A DNA stretch of 64,000 bases from Ramazzottius varieornatus (lineage: Eukaryota > Animalia > Tardigrada). Numbering within the stretch: position 1 is the first letter of the stretch; every line of letters starts with the position of its first letter. Where the stretch lies: assembly GCA_001949185.1 (NCBI GenBank), contig BDGG01000005.1:1539249-1603248 (forward strand), given 5' to 3'. The position numbers were made by a program, and so were the translations under genes. Below the pieces are notes generated by a model. The model ran no database searches. It was not told where the DNA came from and worked only from the letters and a program-made list of their open reading frames with translations. Shown here one piece after another: positions 50,061 to 62,103 of the stretch.

Positions 50061-50500
50061 AAAATAGAGGAGATACCCTCTAAGCTCTGTTCATCTGCCG
50101 ATGGGTGGTACTTTTGGCCTCCTGGCTACGTCGCCGTACATCTTCTGTGAATTCCGCTGCAATAGGTATTGAGAAAACTTCGCAGTAAAGCGTTTGCCGG
50201 CATCCAGAAGCACTTGCCACATCGATAAAGAAGGAACACCACGAAGGTTTGTTAATAGCCGTTTACAAATCATACCAACGTGGTGTTTTGTTTTGAACAA
50301 AGCGTTTTTCAGACTATCTATGGATGCAGTCGACATCCGGGTGTTCCGCTAGCGTGAGTCATTTTAAATGTGATCCTTTATCAAAGTGCAACTCCGTATT
50401 AGATGTTAATTTCAAGATTTCTGGTTCAAATTTCACACGAAAACTCGTCTTGATCAGTTTCCTATCCATTTGAGCGTGGTCTCTATTTTAGCAGGCAGGG

Positions 50501-53500
50501 ATGATTTCGGCATCAACGATCCAGGCAGAAATGCTTGGACAAATTTCAGCTGGGCGGCAGCCGCACATGGGCATCTCTACCTTGGTCGGTATGGCTGAGC
50601 AGTCTTTCGGCGGTGATGAGTCCCTTTATTTTCCGTCTCACCATCAGGATTTTTTAGCCTCCTGCATAAAGGAGAAAGACAGATCGGAATGGTTAGCTTA
50701 CCGTCCGACAGATGGCGCCATGTATTGTTACCATTGCTTCGATGACTGGGCAGACCATCCTCAGGACAAATCCGTCCGCCGCAGAACCTGGTGTAACTTT
50801 TTTAGGGTCTACGCAAACCCAAGTACTCCTGCGGCAGACAGGCAGAAAGTCCTTCGGCATGAGAAAAACACCCACACACACCATGTGCACCGAGAGACAT
50901 AATGTGATGAAAGAAACGCAGTTCGCGGATCTCTGGGTGGTTGACGAAATCATGAGACTGGAGCTAAGCAAGAAATATGCTACCACTGTTAAAGTGTTCG
51001 ATCTAGTCTACACTAAAGCCTATTCCTACGTATCTTATTCATCTCATGCGGAATTAATGAACGCAGTTAAAAGATTCGGCGTCGATATGGGAAACTCACA
51101 CATGTTGCGGTGGGCAGCTAGAAAAATCACGACTCACATCAGCATAAAGATGCGCTATATGCTGGTGGCGTGGCTTACGAAGACCCAGCCGTATTCCAGT
51201 GTGACGCAGAACCTCATCATATACATTCGCGTCGAGATCGATTTAGACCCAGTGTCGTTCTTCTGAAGACTAGTCAAGTTGAGAAAGACCACGAGCGCTG
51301 CGGACATCACTGACGCACTACTGGATGATGTAATCGCGTCACAGGCCAATAACTGGTTGGGTCTTAAGCGAGACTTCATGGTCAGGAAGTGGGTTGGGTT
51401 CGCAACTGACAGTGCGTCAGCACTAACCGGACTTAACGGAGTGGCAAACAGACTTGTGGAACAATTCCCACTCATAATGCCCACTCACTGAGTTGTCCGT
51501 CGTCCACAGCTCACTGTTCTCGACACGGTAAAAAAGACGAGCTACTTCCATCAAATTCGAGGATGCACTCCGTGATTTTTTACTCGTACTACTCCAGGTA
51601 AAAAAGTAGTAGCACAAACTTTTTGACTGCTTTCATGTAGAAGACTGGTAAACACTGTTTACCGAACTGGCTTACGAACTTACAAATACGCACAAAAAAC
51701 ACGGCAATTCTTTTGTCTTTTGAAATATGGTCCGACATGAACCGCTTAGGCCTGACCGTGTCAAACCCGTACTTACTTTGCATACAAGAGATGAAAGGAC
51801 AGAAGCTACTCGACCAACCGTTATCGATAGCGTTATTTCCTTCCTGTGAATCACTAGTCGCTTGACCATTATACAGTGTATGTGGGCGATGCGCTGCCCG
51901 CTACGGTTGAGTTCCCTTGTTCCCGAAATTTACAACTAACACAGTTCTATTATAGCCGGTGACTCATCTGCACACGCAATGGTGTTGGGACCGATGACGC
52001 ATACGACTCCTTCGCCCACTATGATATTGCCCACCGCGCAGTAGTTGACCGTAAATTTAGAGTTAGAGGAGCGAGACCCTAGCGGGTGTCCCTGTGCGTT
52101 TAGCGTCCATCGATAACGATGGCCACGCCGCACTTCTCATAACACAGCACAGGCCTATGGTTTATTCAATGATGGAGGAATAGTCAAAGACCGCCGTATT
52201 GTATCCCCATTTAGCTATGGAAACTAAGTACATACGATAGCATTAATGTACACTATCGTCTAATGCCGATTCCATCTATTAGGGAACGTACTAACGTTCA
52301 GAGAAATCAGGGATGGACTGCTGAAGCTATCTAAAGGTGAAGACCGTTAACAATATACCTTCAGGTGGCCTTGGAACAATAATCCAACATTCGATAAGTA
52401 ATAAGTGTGTGCCGTATCATTTGAGGTTTAGCGCGACCATGATCCTCGCCCACATGCACTGCATAATTGTTAAACGTGTCTGCACTATAGGAAAAAATAA
52501 CACTTCGGTGACACCATTGACGGGCAATGGAGCTCACAATGTGGGATATGCCTGCTGACAATATTTCAACGTTTCGTTCGGGATTATGCATCTGATGAGC
52601 TACTGTTCTGCAGGTCCCCAAAAGCCACAAGACTTCAAAGCGTAATGGATCTTCTGAACCAAGATTTCCTGCAGCCCAAAAAGCTTCTAGAGATCCGGTG
52701 GGTAGCGTCAAAGCAGGCCGCGATACGAGCGATTATTCGCGACTACAGCGGAATTGTCTTAGACATTGGTGAGGCCGTGACCTTGGCGGCTGAAGGGGGT
52801 CCCTGAAAGCTCGGTTGACCAACCTCTGCAACTTTATCACATCAACTCAGTTCCTCCTAACTCTACACTTTCTTGAAGATTTCCTCGCTGAGTTATCCAA
52901 GTTATCGGCGCGGTTTCAGAGAGAAGATTACCGAGTTTCCGACTTACATGACACCCTGGAAGAGTTCGTCAAGGTTCTGAACAGTTGGGAGCATAACGAG
53001 TCGCCTTCTATCACGGCGCTGAAGGATAAAGTTCCAACATGGCCTAGTCTTCTTTCCGGAGCGTCCAAAACGATCGGTATACCAGTTATCGTTTAGAAAC
53101 AATTAATCGAGCCGATAACATCAAACATGGGCAAAGCTTTTCCTCCTCTTTTCTTCACTGCCGACTATGATGGCAACTCTTACGGCTTTCCGCAAGGAAT
53201 CCGTGAACCTGCTGCAAAATTTTCTCATATTCTTCAACCTGCGCTTCCCCGAAACGGAAGCGACGAGACACTTCCGGGTGTCCCAGTTGAACAAAATTGC
53301 TCGCGAGAACGGACGCTATGGCGATGCACACGTACAAGTGCTGGCCCGATACTTTGGATTCAACCACCTTACCGTCCTAGCACAGTGGACCGACTTCAAA
53401 GCAGAGTTTACAACAAAATTCGAGCCAGTCTACTGGACATAGGAAAACGCCATTCTCATGCACAACATTCCGCGTGGAAGACACATCGTCTTCGAGGATG

Positions 53501-53817
53501 AAGACTCAGAGCTGGAACAGCTGTTTATTGTCGCTTCTGTACTTCTGTTCAGTACGGCAATTTGCGAACGAGGTTTCTCCATCCAGAATGTAACCAAAAC
53601 TCGACTGAACGAACGAAGCTTGGACGCGCTCATGCGGATAGCCATAAACGGTCCGCTACCAGGAGAGATGGACTTCTCGAATTTTATCACGCCATGGGTA
53701 CGGTCTGGTAATTTTCCTTCTCAGTGGAATCCACCCCAAGCAAGCGCCGCCGATAGTGAGGATCTCGAATCTCAACTGACAGCAGATATTGTCGCGTTCT
53801 CCAGACAGCGTGCATAA
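50501..53817 (+). pseudogene. Decayed ZNF862/C17orf113-type hAT transposase
   Basis: TTF-like finger (WLAYRPTDGAMYCYHC...RHEKNTHTH), LIIYIRV, GFATDSASAL, FLLTLHFLEDFLAELSKLS and hATC STAICERGFSIQN...LMRIAINGP. Several stops and frameshifts. Confidence 0.85.
51874..52461. mobile_element. Putative non-autonomous Tc1/mariner-like insertion inside the hAT pseudogene
   Basis: 16-bp TIR cagtgYatgtgggcga; TA on the left, CA on the right; non-coding interior. Confidence 0.5.
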
Positions 53818-54601
53818 GTCTAACATTATACGCGGGAAATGGCCGGAGACGAGGTAAGAGTTTTTTGGCCGTATTTGTTCATCTAGAGACAACTGACCGT
53901 CTGTGAGACATTGTGCGTTTCCCTGTAGCGAGAAGCAGGATCGGAGCGTCACCCAAATCTAGCGTGGACCACTACGATGTACAAAACACATCAGCGTACA
54001 GTCTCCCCCTGGAAAACTCCTGTACTTTCCACTTGGAATTACTGTTATATTCCGGATCCTCGACTAGGATCGACTAGGAGTGAAAATTCGTTGAAGATCA
54101 CACAGTGATGTGTTTTGTAAACCGCACAGGAAGGGTCTTCACTCGAGCATTCGCGCAGTTATTTGTCTAACTTTTCCACGTACATAACTAATAACTTACC
54201 TCCGTCAAATATTTGGATCATGTAATGCACATGTGTCACTGTCACATACGTTTCATCAATATAGAGATCAATTTGCCACTCCCGTTCATTTTGCAACTGT
54301 AGCTACGGCCTTGCTCCGCCCCTTTCGTGACGTGTAACTACATTTTGCTTCCCGGAGCTCCCCTTATTTTCGGAAAATAGCGTAATCGGCATTGCAGCTA
54401 GCTTTGCATGGAGCGGTATCGTGGCTGTGCAACTATTCAAGGTTGTAACGTCAAAATTCAACTTGAGATTTCGCCAAAAAATCATTTGTTATTATCGATA
54501 GCTCTGTTCTTTTGTGGTATTCTCCACATACAACTCGGCAGGTTTCACTGTGGGAAAGGACAGCAAACATTGAAAACGTGCAAGAGCTAACGGTGCAGTC
54601 C

Positions 54602-55616
54602 ATGGACGCTGTGCTAGGAGTGGGTTCGCCAGGACCGGTGACAAGCGGAGGAAAAGGCGCTGCACCCAAGTCGACACGAATCCATTGGGACGAAGGCAGC
54701 CAAGTTCGCCTCCTTCGCCCAACCGTAGATTTTGAGGGTACTGATGTAGAGATGTGGAGCGACATCTTCAAGAAACCAAAGACAGCAGGGATGAAGCTGA
54801 AGACGGTCCGTTCTGCGAAGGACAAGTCGACGGAAATGATCAATGCGTTCAAGGCTTCGAACCACCTTGACGAGTGGAAATCGAGAGATCCAGGAACGTT
54901 CACCGAAAAAGAGCAGCTGCTAGTTAAGCTTGTCAACGATCTCAAAGAGCATGACGTGAAGGGTCGAAAGAAGCAGTCTGTCAAGAAGGCGTTGGAAGAT
55001 GAGAAGTAGTCGCGCAAAGACACGAAGATGATGGACGCTGCCACCTTCAGCAAGCGGAAACGTCGTTCCGCTGGAGTTCGTGAGCTGACTCCTGATCCTC
55101 TAGACCGCAAGTACGTTCAAGCTTTATGTAAAACCCAGCTGCCATCAGCGAGATGGGCAAGAAATGTTGAACAAAGCGGGACGTGCTTACTGACCTACCC
55201 TGGTTAAGTGGTGCTCGGCTTACCCAGATGAGACGGCGCAAACTTTGCCCCTGTAAACTGGCGCGCAGTCTACCCAGGTCAAGTTACGCACTTGAAAAAA
55301 TGTTTTTCCAGGCGGAAAATCGGATGATGAAGTGATCAACACACCAGAGCGCGAGCGAACCAGCTATAACCATATGATCAAGACCTTTCTGGACGGTTCC
55401 TCAGATGTGAAGATGGAAGAGCTGCAGCTCAAGCAGGAAAAGCTGGTAGTCGAGCGTGCCCGAGAGTCGCGCCTGGCAGGAGAAAGCAAGATGGAGTGTG
55501 AACTCGAGCTGAAACAAATGGAAGCTGACCGGTCGAAGAGTGAAGCTGAGCGTAAGCGAGATGAGTTGATGACTGCTGAGATGATGGAAGCGCTGAAAGG
55601 TCTGGAGAAAGACTGA
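54602..55616 (+). pseudogene. Harbinger accessory gene (Myb/SANT-like DNA-binding domain + coiled coil)
   Basis: RIHWDEGSQVRLL...MWSDI...TVRSAKDK...EKEQLLVKL, then an E/K/R-rich coiled-coil tail. In-frame TAG at 55007; intron ~55111-55311; convergent with the transposase. Confidence 0.65.
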
Positions 55617-55764
55617 ACAAGGTGCCAAGATAAGCTGCACCGTCGAGTTCTTTCTGTTTTTTTGCTTTGCCGAATTTTGAGTCAATCCCTGCTTTATACC
55701 TTCAGGTTTGAACAGAAATGTTACGAGACTTGGTGTGTGTGAATCTGTTCTGCGGTCTAATCGT

Positions 55765-57020
55765 TCAATAAAGCTTCTTTTTTAAGTAGTGCTCCAAAGA
55801 TGGAGGTGCTATGCCAAAGAAATCAGACACCTTACCGGCATAACCCAGACAGACTCTACAGTTAGTCAAAAGCGTACCAACAGTATACAGTATACCGACC
55901 GGCTGCCAGAGAACTTTCAAATTTTTTGAGTAATCTAGAAAAGCGAATTGCTGGACTGCTTCACCGAAACCCCATTCCACGGCTATCCGTACTCCTGGCA
56001 TAGCTTCGTTAAAATCTTTTTCTTCTTGCGACAGCTCTGCCGCACCTGCACGAAATGAAGCTTCAGGGTATTCGGATATCGAATATGCAGGATCTCCATA
56101 CAGCCGTCAGATGTTCCCCGTGTCAGCCATCTTGTTCTTAAGTAAATCGAGCAATCCGCTTTCAGCCAGCATACCTGAAATTTATGACGTTTAGCTCGAC
56201 AGACGAGCTCCTCAGCCTTTTTCTTCAAGTGCCGCACACCTCAAGCCAGTAACACTGATTCGGTTAAACAAAGTCTAAAAGATTGTTTTCCAAGTAGCGC
56301 AGGCTTTTTGGCGTTAATATCGAAAAAATGCGCCACTTAAGAATTTAGTTTGAATGGACTAACAGTGCGAAATACTCGTCCATCTCTTACCTGAATCATG
56401 GCGTCTGCCAGGCCACGGTCCGTTCAGATTCACAACTAATCCATTAGGTATCATCACGGACTGAAACTCAAAGCCATGGAGGCGGTAGTGGTTGCTGTAG
56501 ATTCTTCTCATCAATTTTTCTCATCAACCTTCGGCCGGCAGCAAGGAGGAAAAGTTCCGTCGATAAAACCCCCTCCATCACGGAGTGATGCGCTTTTCCG
56601 ACAGACCGCTTTGCAGAATAGAGAGATGTCCGCTGCTTTGAGCCAGCACAAATCCATGGATGTGAGCAGATACCCGAAGTTGGAATCCACATAACCTACC
56701 ACCCAACTGAAAGCCATGGACAACTCCGGTTTGCTCCGGCGATAAATAATCCTGAGAGTGGTGTATCGGCTTGCATAGGCAAATCGCCCGAGGAGAATAC
56801 ACAGGATCTTAGCACCATCAAACCTTGACTCCAAACTGATAATATCAGGTGTGCTGAAGGCTTCTTTCAAGCGAGGAATTTTTTCTCTTGTGAAGCGAAA
56901 CCATTCCCAAATGTCTGAATTATCTATAGCATCCAGGTAAAACGGAATTCTCAACGGTCTTTCGACCTTCGGCAGAGAGAGCATCATCACAGTATCTTCG
57001 AAGGATAAGACTCTAGACAT
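55765..57020 (-). mobile_element. PIF/Harbinger-superfamily (DDE_Tnp_4) transposase, degenerate
   Basis: WFRFTRE, GFIDGT..CCRP, HGFEFQSV.IPNG...GPWPGRRHDS(intron)GML, LYGDPAY, RIAVEWGFG, FAFLD..KNLK, PPSLEHYL. Stops and a frameshift. TIRs not found. Confidence 0.88.
56255..56362. repeat. GGCGCAC palindrome family copy in the Harbinger transposase intron
   Basis: gattgttttccaagtagcgcag-N25-atgcgccacttaag. Confidence 0.75.
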
Positions 57021-57467
57021 GAGAAGCAAGCAGGTTGTCCTCCTATCCACTTTTAGTTTTCACAAAATTTTTGCTACATTTATCCGAAAATTTTCGCTCT
57101 CGTTGTCATCCTTGCGGTGTTTCTTCCGCCCGGAATTGCTGCCGGCATAACCGTAGTTTTACCTCTAAAAGAAGGTTCTACTTGTACTCCACTTTACAGA
57201 TGGTCGTAATCTAACGTAGTTAGATCATTCGTGACCATTCGTGACCAATCAGTCCACACATATTACCTGAGCTTGATTGTTGAATGGTCAAAAATCATGG
57301 ATGGTATAGTTGCGTCAGCCTACAACCATCGGTGAAGCTTCCTATACCCCTAACCATGTCTTGTCTCAGAAGGTAAGAACCGTATCCAGCTTACTACGGA
57401 AGCTGTCAATACGACTGCCCTGCCGGAAGTGAAGCTGGAGGAAAGTGTTCGCCAACGTCCCCCTGAA

Positions 57468-57539
57468 CCTCCATGCCCACCTTCTCCTCCATGCCCGGCT
57501 GTACCTCCCTGCCCAGCTATTCCTCCCTGCCCAACATAC
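57468..57539 (+). repeat. 4 x 18-bp tandem repeat encoding PPCPxx in a decayed ORF
   Basis: cctccatgcccaccttct cctccatgcccggctgta cctccctgcccagctatt cctccctgcccaacatac. Confidence 0.85.
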
Positions 57540-60500
57540 AACCGGACGGAGCACGACCTGGAACTTCGAAAGGATCGTGATGCCAACCACGGGGACACTG
57601 GTGATGGAAAATGCCCCTTCCGTCCGTGAAGACTTACTCGAAGGTTGCCGGCATGGAATTCGGCGCGGAAACATCCTGCAACGGAACGTCGCCGGAATTC
57701 CTCCTTACCCTAAGACTGGGTTCGACAGGCATGCTGTGCTTTACGGCATCGCCCTAGGCTACTTGCAGTATCTGGGCAAGAAGTACCGATCAGCTTCAGC
57801 TGATTCGGCGGACATGGCGGAGAAGGGATGGAAGACCAAAAAGACACTGAACATCGTCAAAAAGAAGCTGGGCCATCGCCGCCGAAACAGCTGGAGCTGA
57901 TCGGTATGTTGAGACAGGATACTCGTTTCACTTTTCCATACAAATTTTCTTTTATTTCTTGACGTTTACCTTGTTGTTCTCCATATCTGGACGGAGCCTT
58001 TCATTTTTGCGTTCGACGCTAGATGTTCTATTGTTTTCTTCCCCTGATTGGACTTTTGTCCGCTTTGTATAGTTTTAACTTGTAAATGGTCACCCGACGT
58101 GTTGCCCTTCCCACTTCCGCCGTAGGCGTGAGCAGTCAAAAACTTGATCATGCGTTTCACTCTCCAGCAACGCACGGTTCAGCAGCAAATCAGTGAATAA
58201 AAATCAGAAAAAGAGTACTGCAGAATTGCAGTAAATCATCAATCAAGACAAACCTGTGCGCACCGAACGCACGTACGTCCACAGCCAGTGGCTCATATTT
58301 TTTGCGGTACGCATTCTCCATTGATTGCTTGAAATGCGTCGGCGGCTGTCACCGCGTGACTATACCTAAGGGGACTCTGAGTCGCAAACTCATCAGAGGA
58401 AGCTCTAGCTCCAAACAGCATGATCCTTTTTTCCGGATGATTCCCCGATTTTTTTTCTTGTTTTTCCATCCTTTTTAGTTCTTGCTGAATCATGACTTCG
58501 TGTCTGATCAATCAAATCCGTACGAATTAACTGGCGAAAACAGCTAGTTGATTAACAAAGAATTGATTACTCTCAGGACCCTGCCGGTCGGACAATGGTA
58601 CGACCGGCAGGGTGTCACGTAAATCATGCTGCCTGCTGCGCGACCGGCAGCGACGCGGCTGGGTCACTACTAACTAGGTAGGAACGTAGATGATCGTGCA
58701 ATGGTAAAATCACCAGGGTGGGTGGGTAGGTTGGTTGACCACTAGTGGCTGGCCGTGGTTGGTAGTTTTGGGAAGAGAAATGTTTCTTCCTCGTTGTGAT
58801 GCTGGTTCGGGTCGAGAACGTGATGGATTTACAGAAGAAACGAGAGCGGAAGTCAAGTGGCGCAATGTGGGGAAGGCGCGTCGCTCAGAATACTTGGCGC
58901 GCCAGGTCCAGTTCGCTGATTGGTCTGATCACGCTCCAATCCACTGAAATTTCAAATTGCGACCAAAGTGGTCAATAGTTCAAATCAACTCAGCTTGCAC
59001 AGAATTTAAAATTCTGCGCACCGATATTAGGCCGAACATCAGTCGCGGATAAAATCACAGCAGAAAACCTATACATATTCTGTGCAAGCCGAAAACATGA
59101 CCTGCGAAACAGGTCTTTTAGAGGAGGTGGAGGAACCGGCGAACCGCTGTATATACCGTAGAATGGTAAAACATAGAAGCGGTAAAGGCACTTACCACTA
59201 CGGCGAACAACACCATTGGTCAGACACGCACAGAGGCCACGCCCCGGCAGAGTCGGTTACATTACGGTTACTCGCGTGTTGAATTGATAAGATTCCTAGG
59301 TTATACAGCGTCCAAGCACGGTGATATGGAACCGTGAAAACTCAACAGCACACTGCAAGGCTAACGTCCACCAGTCATCCGAGCGTTCACAGGTGGCGAG
59401 GAGAAAGCAGCAGGTGGAAGGAAGCTAAGAAGCTTCGTCGAGCACGGGATGTCAAGCTGCTTACCCAATAACCTGTCGGATTTATTCAGAAATGCTTTAT
59501 ATTTCACGTGCCTTGCTCACCCGTGAGCCATGTTCGTTTGCCCACGTGGTTCGATACTTACTTACGGTAGCAGCTCTGCAGTGAGCCGTATTCAGGTGCT
59601 TGCCGGACCTATTTCGCCAACGCAGGCGCTTCATGTACCTGCATACATAGTTAATGGGCAACGACTCGATCTGTCAGGTAAGGCCGAACTGTCGGTTTGT
59701 CCAAGCAGGTAAAGGTTATCCAAGGTCATCCATTTGACCTCGACCTTTAGTAGTCGCTAATCCGGCAAAGGACTCTACCATTGGAAGACTGGCGTGACGT
59801 ACGTACACGTTCGTCTACCTCGTCTAGTCTCTGCTATGGCTTGGTCCTTCGTGGCTGTCCACCCCAGCTGGTGACGGTAAACGGTGACGCATGAACTACG
59901 CGATGTGACGTCAGTGTACATGGTATGTTATGTGATTTTACATGGTATAACATCGCGTATCACATTACATATGACATGACCAGAAAAAAATCCAGAAAAA
60001 TCTAACAATTTCAGAAAAAATTGGGGAAGCTGCAGGGCGATTCCAATGCGTACCGCAATTGCTGATGAGGTACGACTGAGGCTCTCTAGAGAATTTAACC
60101 CATTGAGTTCGTGGCAGCAGCGATGGACGCCGTGACGGATGATTTACCCAATTACCCAGCCAAATATCGAAAATTATGCAGTTGTCTCGTGCGACCCGCC
60201 GCGGATCGTTGGAACAGGCAAGTTAGCCACGGATGCGGAAATCCTGTCTTCGCTAGTCAGCATAACTCATGAGACCTAGTGCTCGAACAACATTAGAAAG
60301 GGTTTTTCAAATATCACAAAATTATCGATTGATTGATTGTCGCCTTTGAGTTGGGCTGAAGTTAACATTGGGAAGCCGTTCTGTGTTTTCTGTATTTCAC
60401 TTGTTACATCATCCATCCATCGCTGCCACGGCTAGGCTAGGACCGGAAATGGTGGAAAAACGACCACTCTAAATGGCTCCGATATACAAGAGACGGAAAT

Positions 60501-62103
60501 TCCGATCCTGGGAGGAAAGGGTTGAAAGGGCAGGATGGAAAAGCTGGGAATAGGTAATAGGATGGAAACGTCCTATATTCTGTATCAAAACAACCCCAGG
60601 TTGTAAAATGGCAACAGGGGCATCCTTAGTGCACATTAGTGCCAATCCCTTTACCACGCGCCCCCACCGTGCGCACTCACCGCCAGTTGAAGGAGGCGGA
60701 GACAGACCGAACACACTGACGCACTACGGGTCCACGGGTGACACGCCCATGCATCTGCCCAGAGCGTAACCATGCGCGACAACATCGAGGTTGTGCAGCC
60801 GAATCTGGCATGGTTAATCTCGACGGTGTGTGGTCATACGGCGCAAGAATGGTGACGTCATGTACGCGGAATTCAACGTGACCGATGCGCATGCTGCGCC
60901 ACAGCATATCATGCGATACAAGCGTGCGGGTACAAGAGTACGGCGCCTGGGACGCGTCTTGCGTCAGCTGTTTTGGCCTGTCTGGCTCGCCCCACAAGTC
61001 GGGTGGTAAAAAGATTGGCACTACTGCACATATGGTGACCACACAGGAAAACATCCGTCTTTTTTGCCACGCCGCATTAAACCACAAGAAGACAAATGTC
61101 ACGCACCTTACCGGCAACATGTCTAGGTGGGCATGTGGAGTTGACAAGTGCGATTGATAAGGAAAGACATCCCACGACCGTTCTGCTAACTTATTAGCGG
61201 TAAGTATCAATATCGACAATACTCACCTGCTAGTTTTGCAGTGTACTATTGCGTTGAGGTGGCTTGGCTTGCCGAGTTGCTAGTGTTGCAATCAAGACTA
61301 CGAAAATTTCTCAAAAACCACGTAAGGGCAATTCCGGTTTTCTAACATCAACAGCTCAGCGTTCATTTTTGAATTTCTCGAACCATTCGGAGAATTCGAA
61401 TCATCGAGAATCCTCGGGTATTCGGCCGAACTAAAGATCCAGCGGCGACAAATCATGACGAAATTCCGAAAACACACTGCTTCCGAGCGGGTACTACTGG
61501 ACTGCTGTCAATTCGAATACTTGTTTGAGCTTTTAGGGTCTTGGCGGACAGAAAAGTCGTCAAAACATACGTCTGATCTATGAAGGCTTATGCCGGTGCC
61601 CCGCTTTTGGTTCGCGAGACAGAAGAGGGTCTTGTCCATAGACCGGAGAGAAATTCAGGTTCATTCACGCTCCTGGACGAAAAAATTTACAAAGTGGAAG
61701 TTGCGTCAACCTGAAAGCGCGATAACACACCTCACGGTGTGCTATCAGGCTTTGCTCGCTCCGGTCTTAGATTAGAAATTTCAAAGCCGTTCCACGGTCA
61801 GGAGGGTCGTTGAAGTCCGATTCTTAGTTTTTAGTATCGGGTTTTCAATATAAAGCGTTTTGATAAATCAGTCAATCAGGAGGAAAAATCTCGACGTACG
61901 GTGTATCGTTTTCCACCCTAAACTGGTCTGCCAGCCTACGTGGCAGCATACTTCCGGTTACAGGTTTGGCCGTTTGGGTTTTCCGAGACTGTTGTAAATG
62001 CAATACAGGAGCTGACTGGGCTTACCCGGGAATAACTGAACGGCTTCTAGAGGCTTGTTCTACGCAGTAGCAACGAAGGAGGGCGAACGCGGAGTCTTGG
62101 AGG

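Noticed and set aside
8222-56362. Palindromes as CRISPR repeats, integron attC sites or bacterial REP elements
   Set aside because: They are dispersed singly in spliceosomal introns of a eukaryote, with no array, cas gene, integrase or RAYT-like gene.
60093-60430. piggyBac-like MITE (ttaaccc... start; cgtggcagc..gatgga inverted repeat)
   Set aside because: A short internal inverted repeat exists, but the right end lacks the matching gggttaa terminus.
58000-62000. Short ORFs in 58-62 kb (and in 23.4-24.7 kb)
   Set aside because: They show no recognisable motifs or consistent exon chain and are treated as intergenic or intronic sequence.
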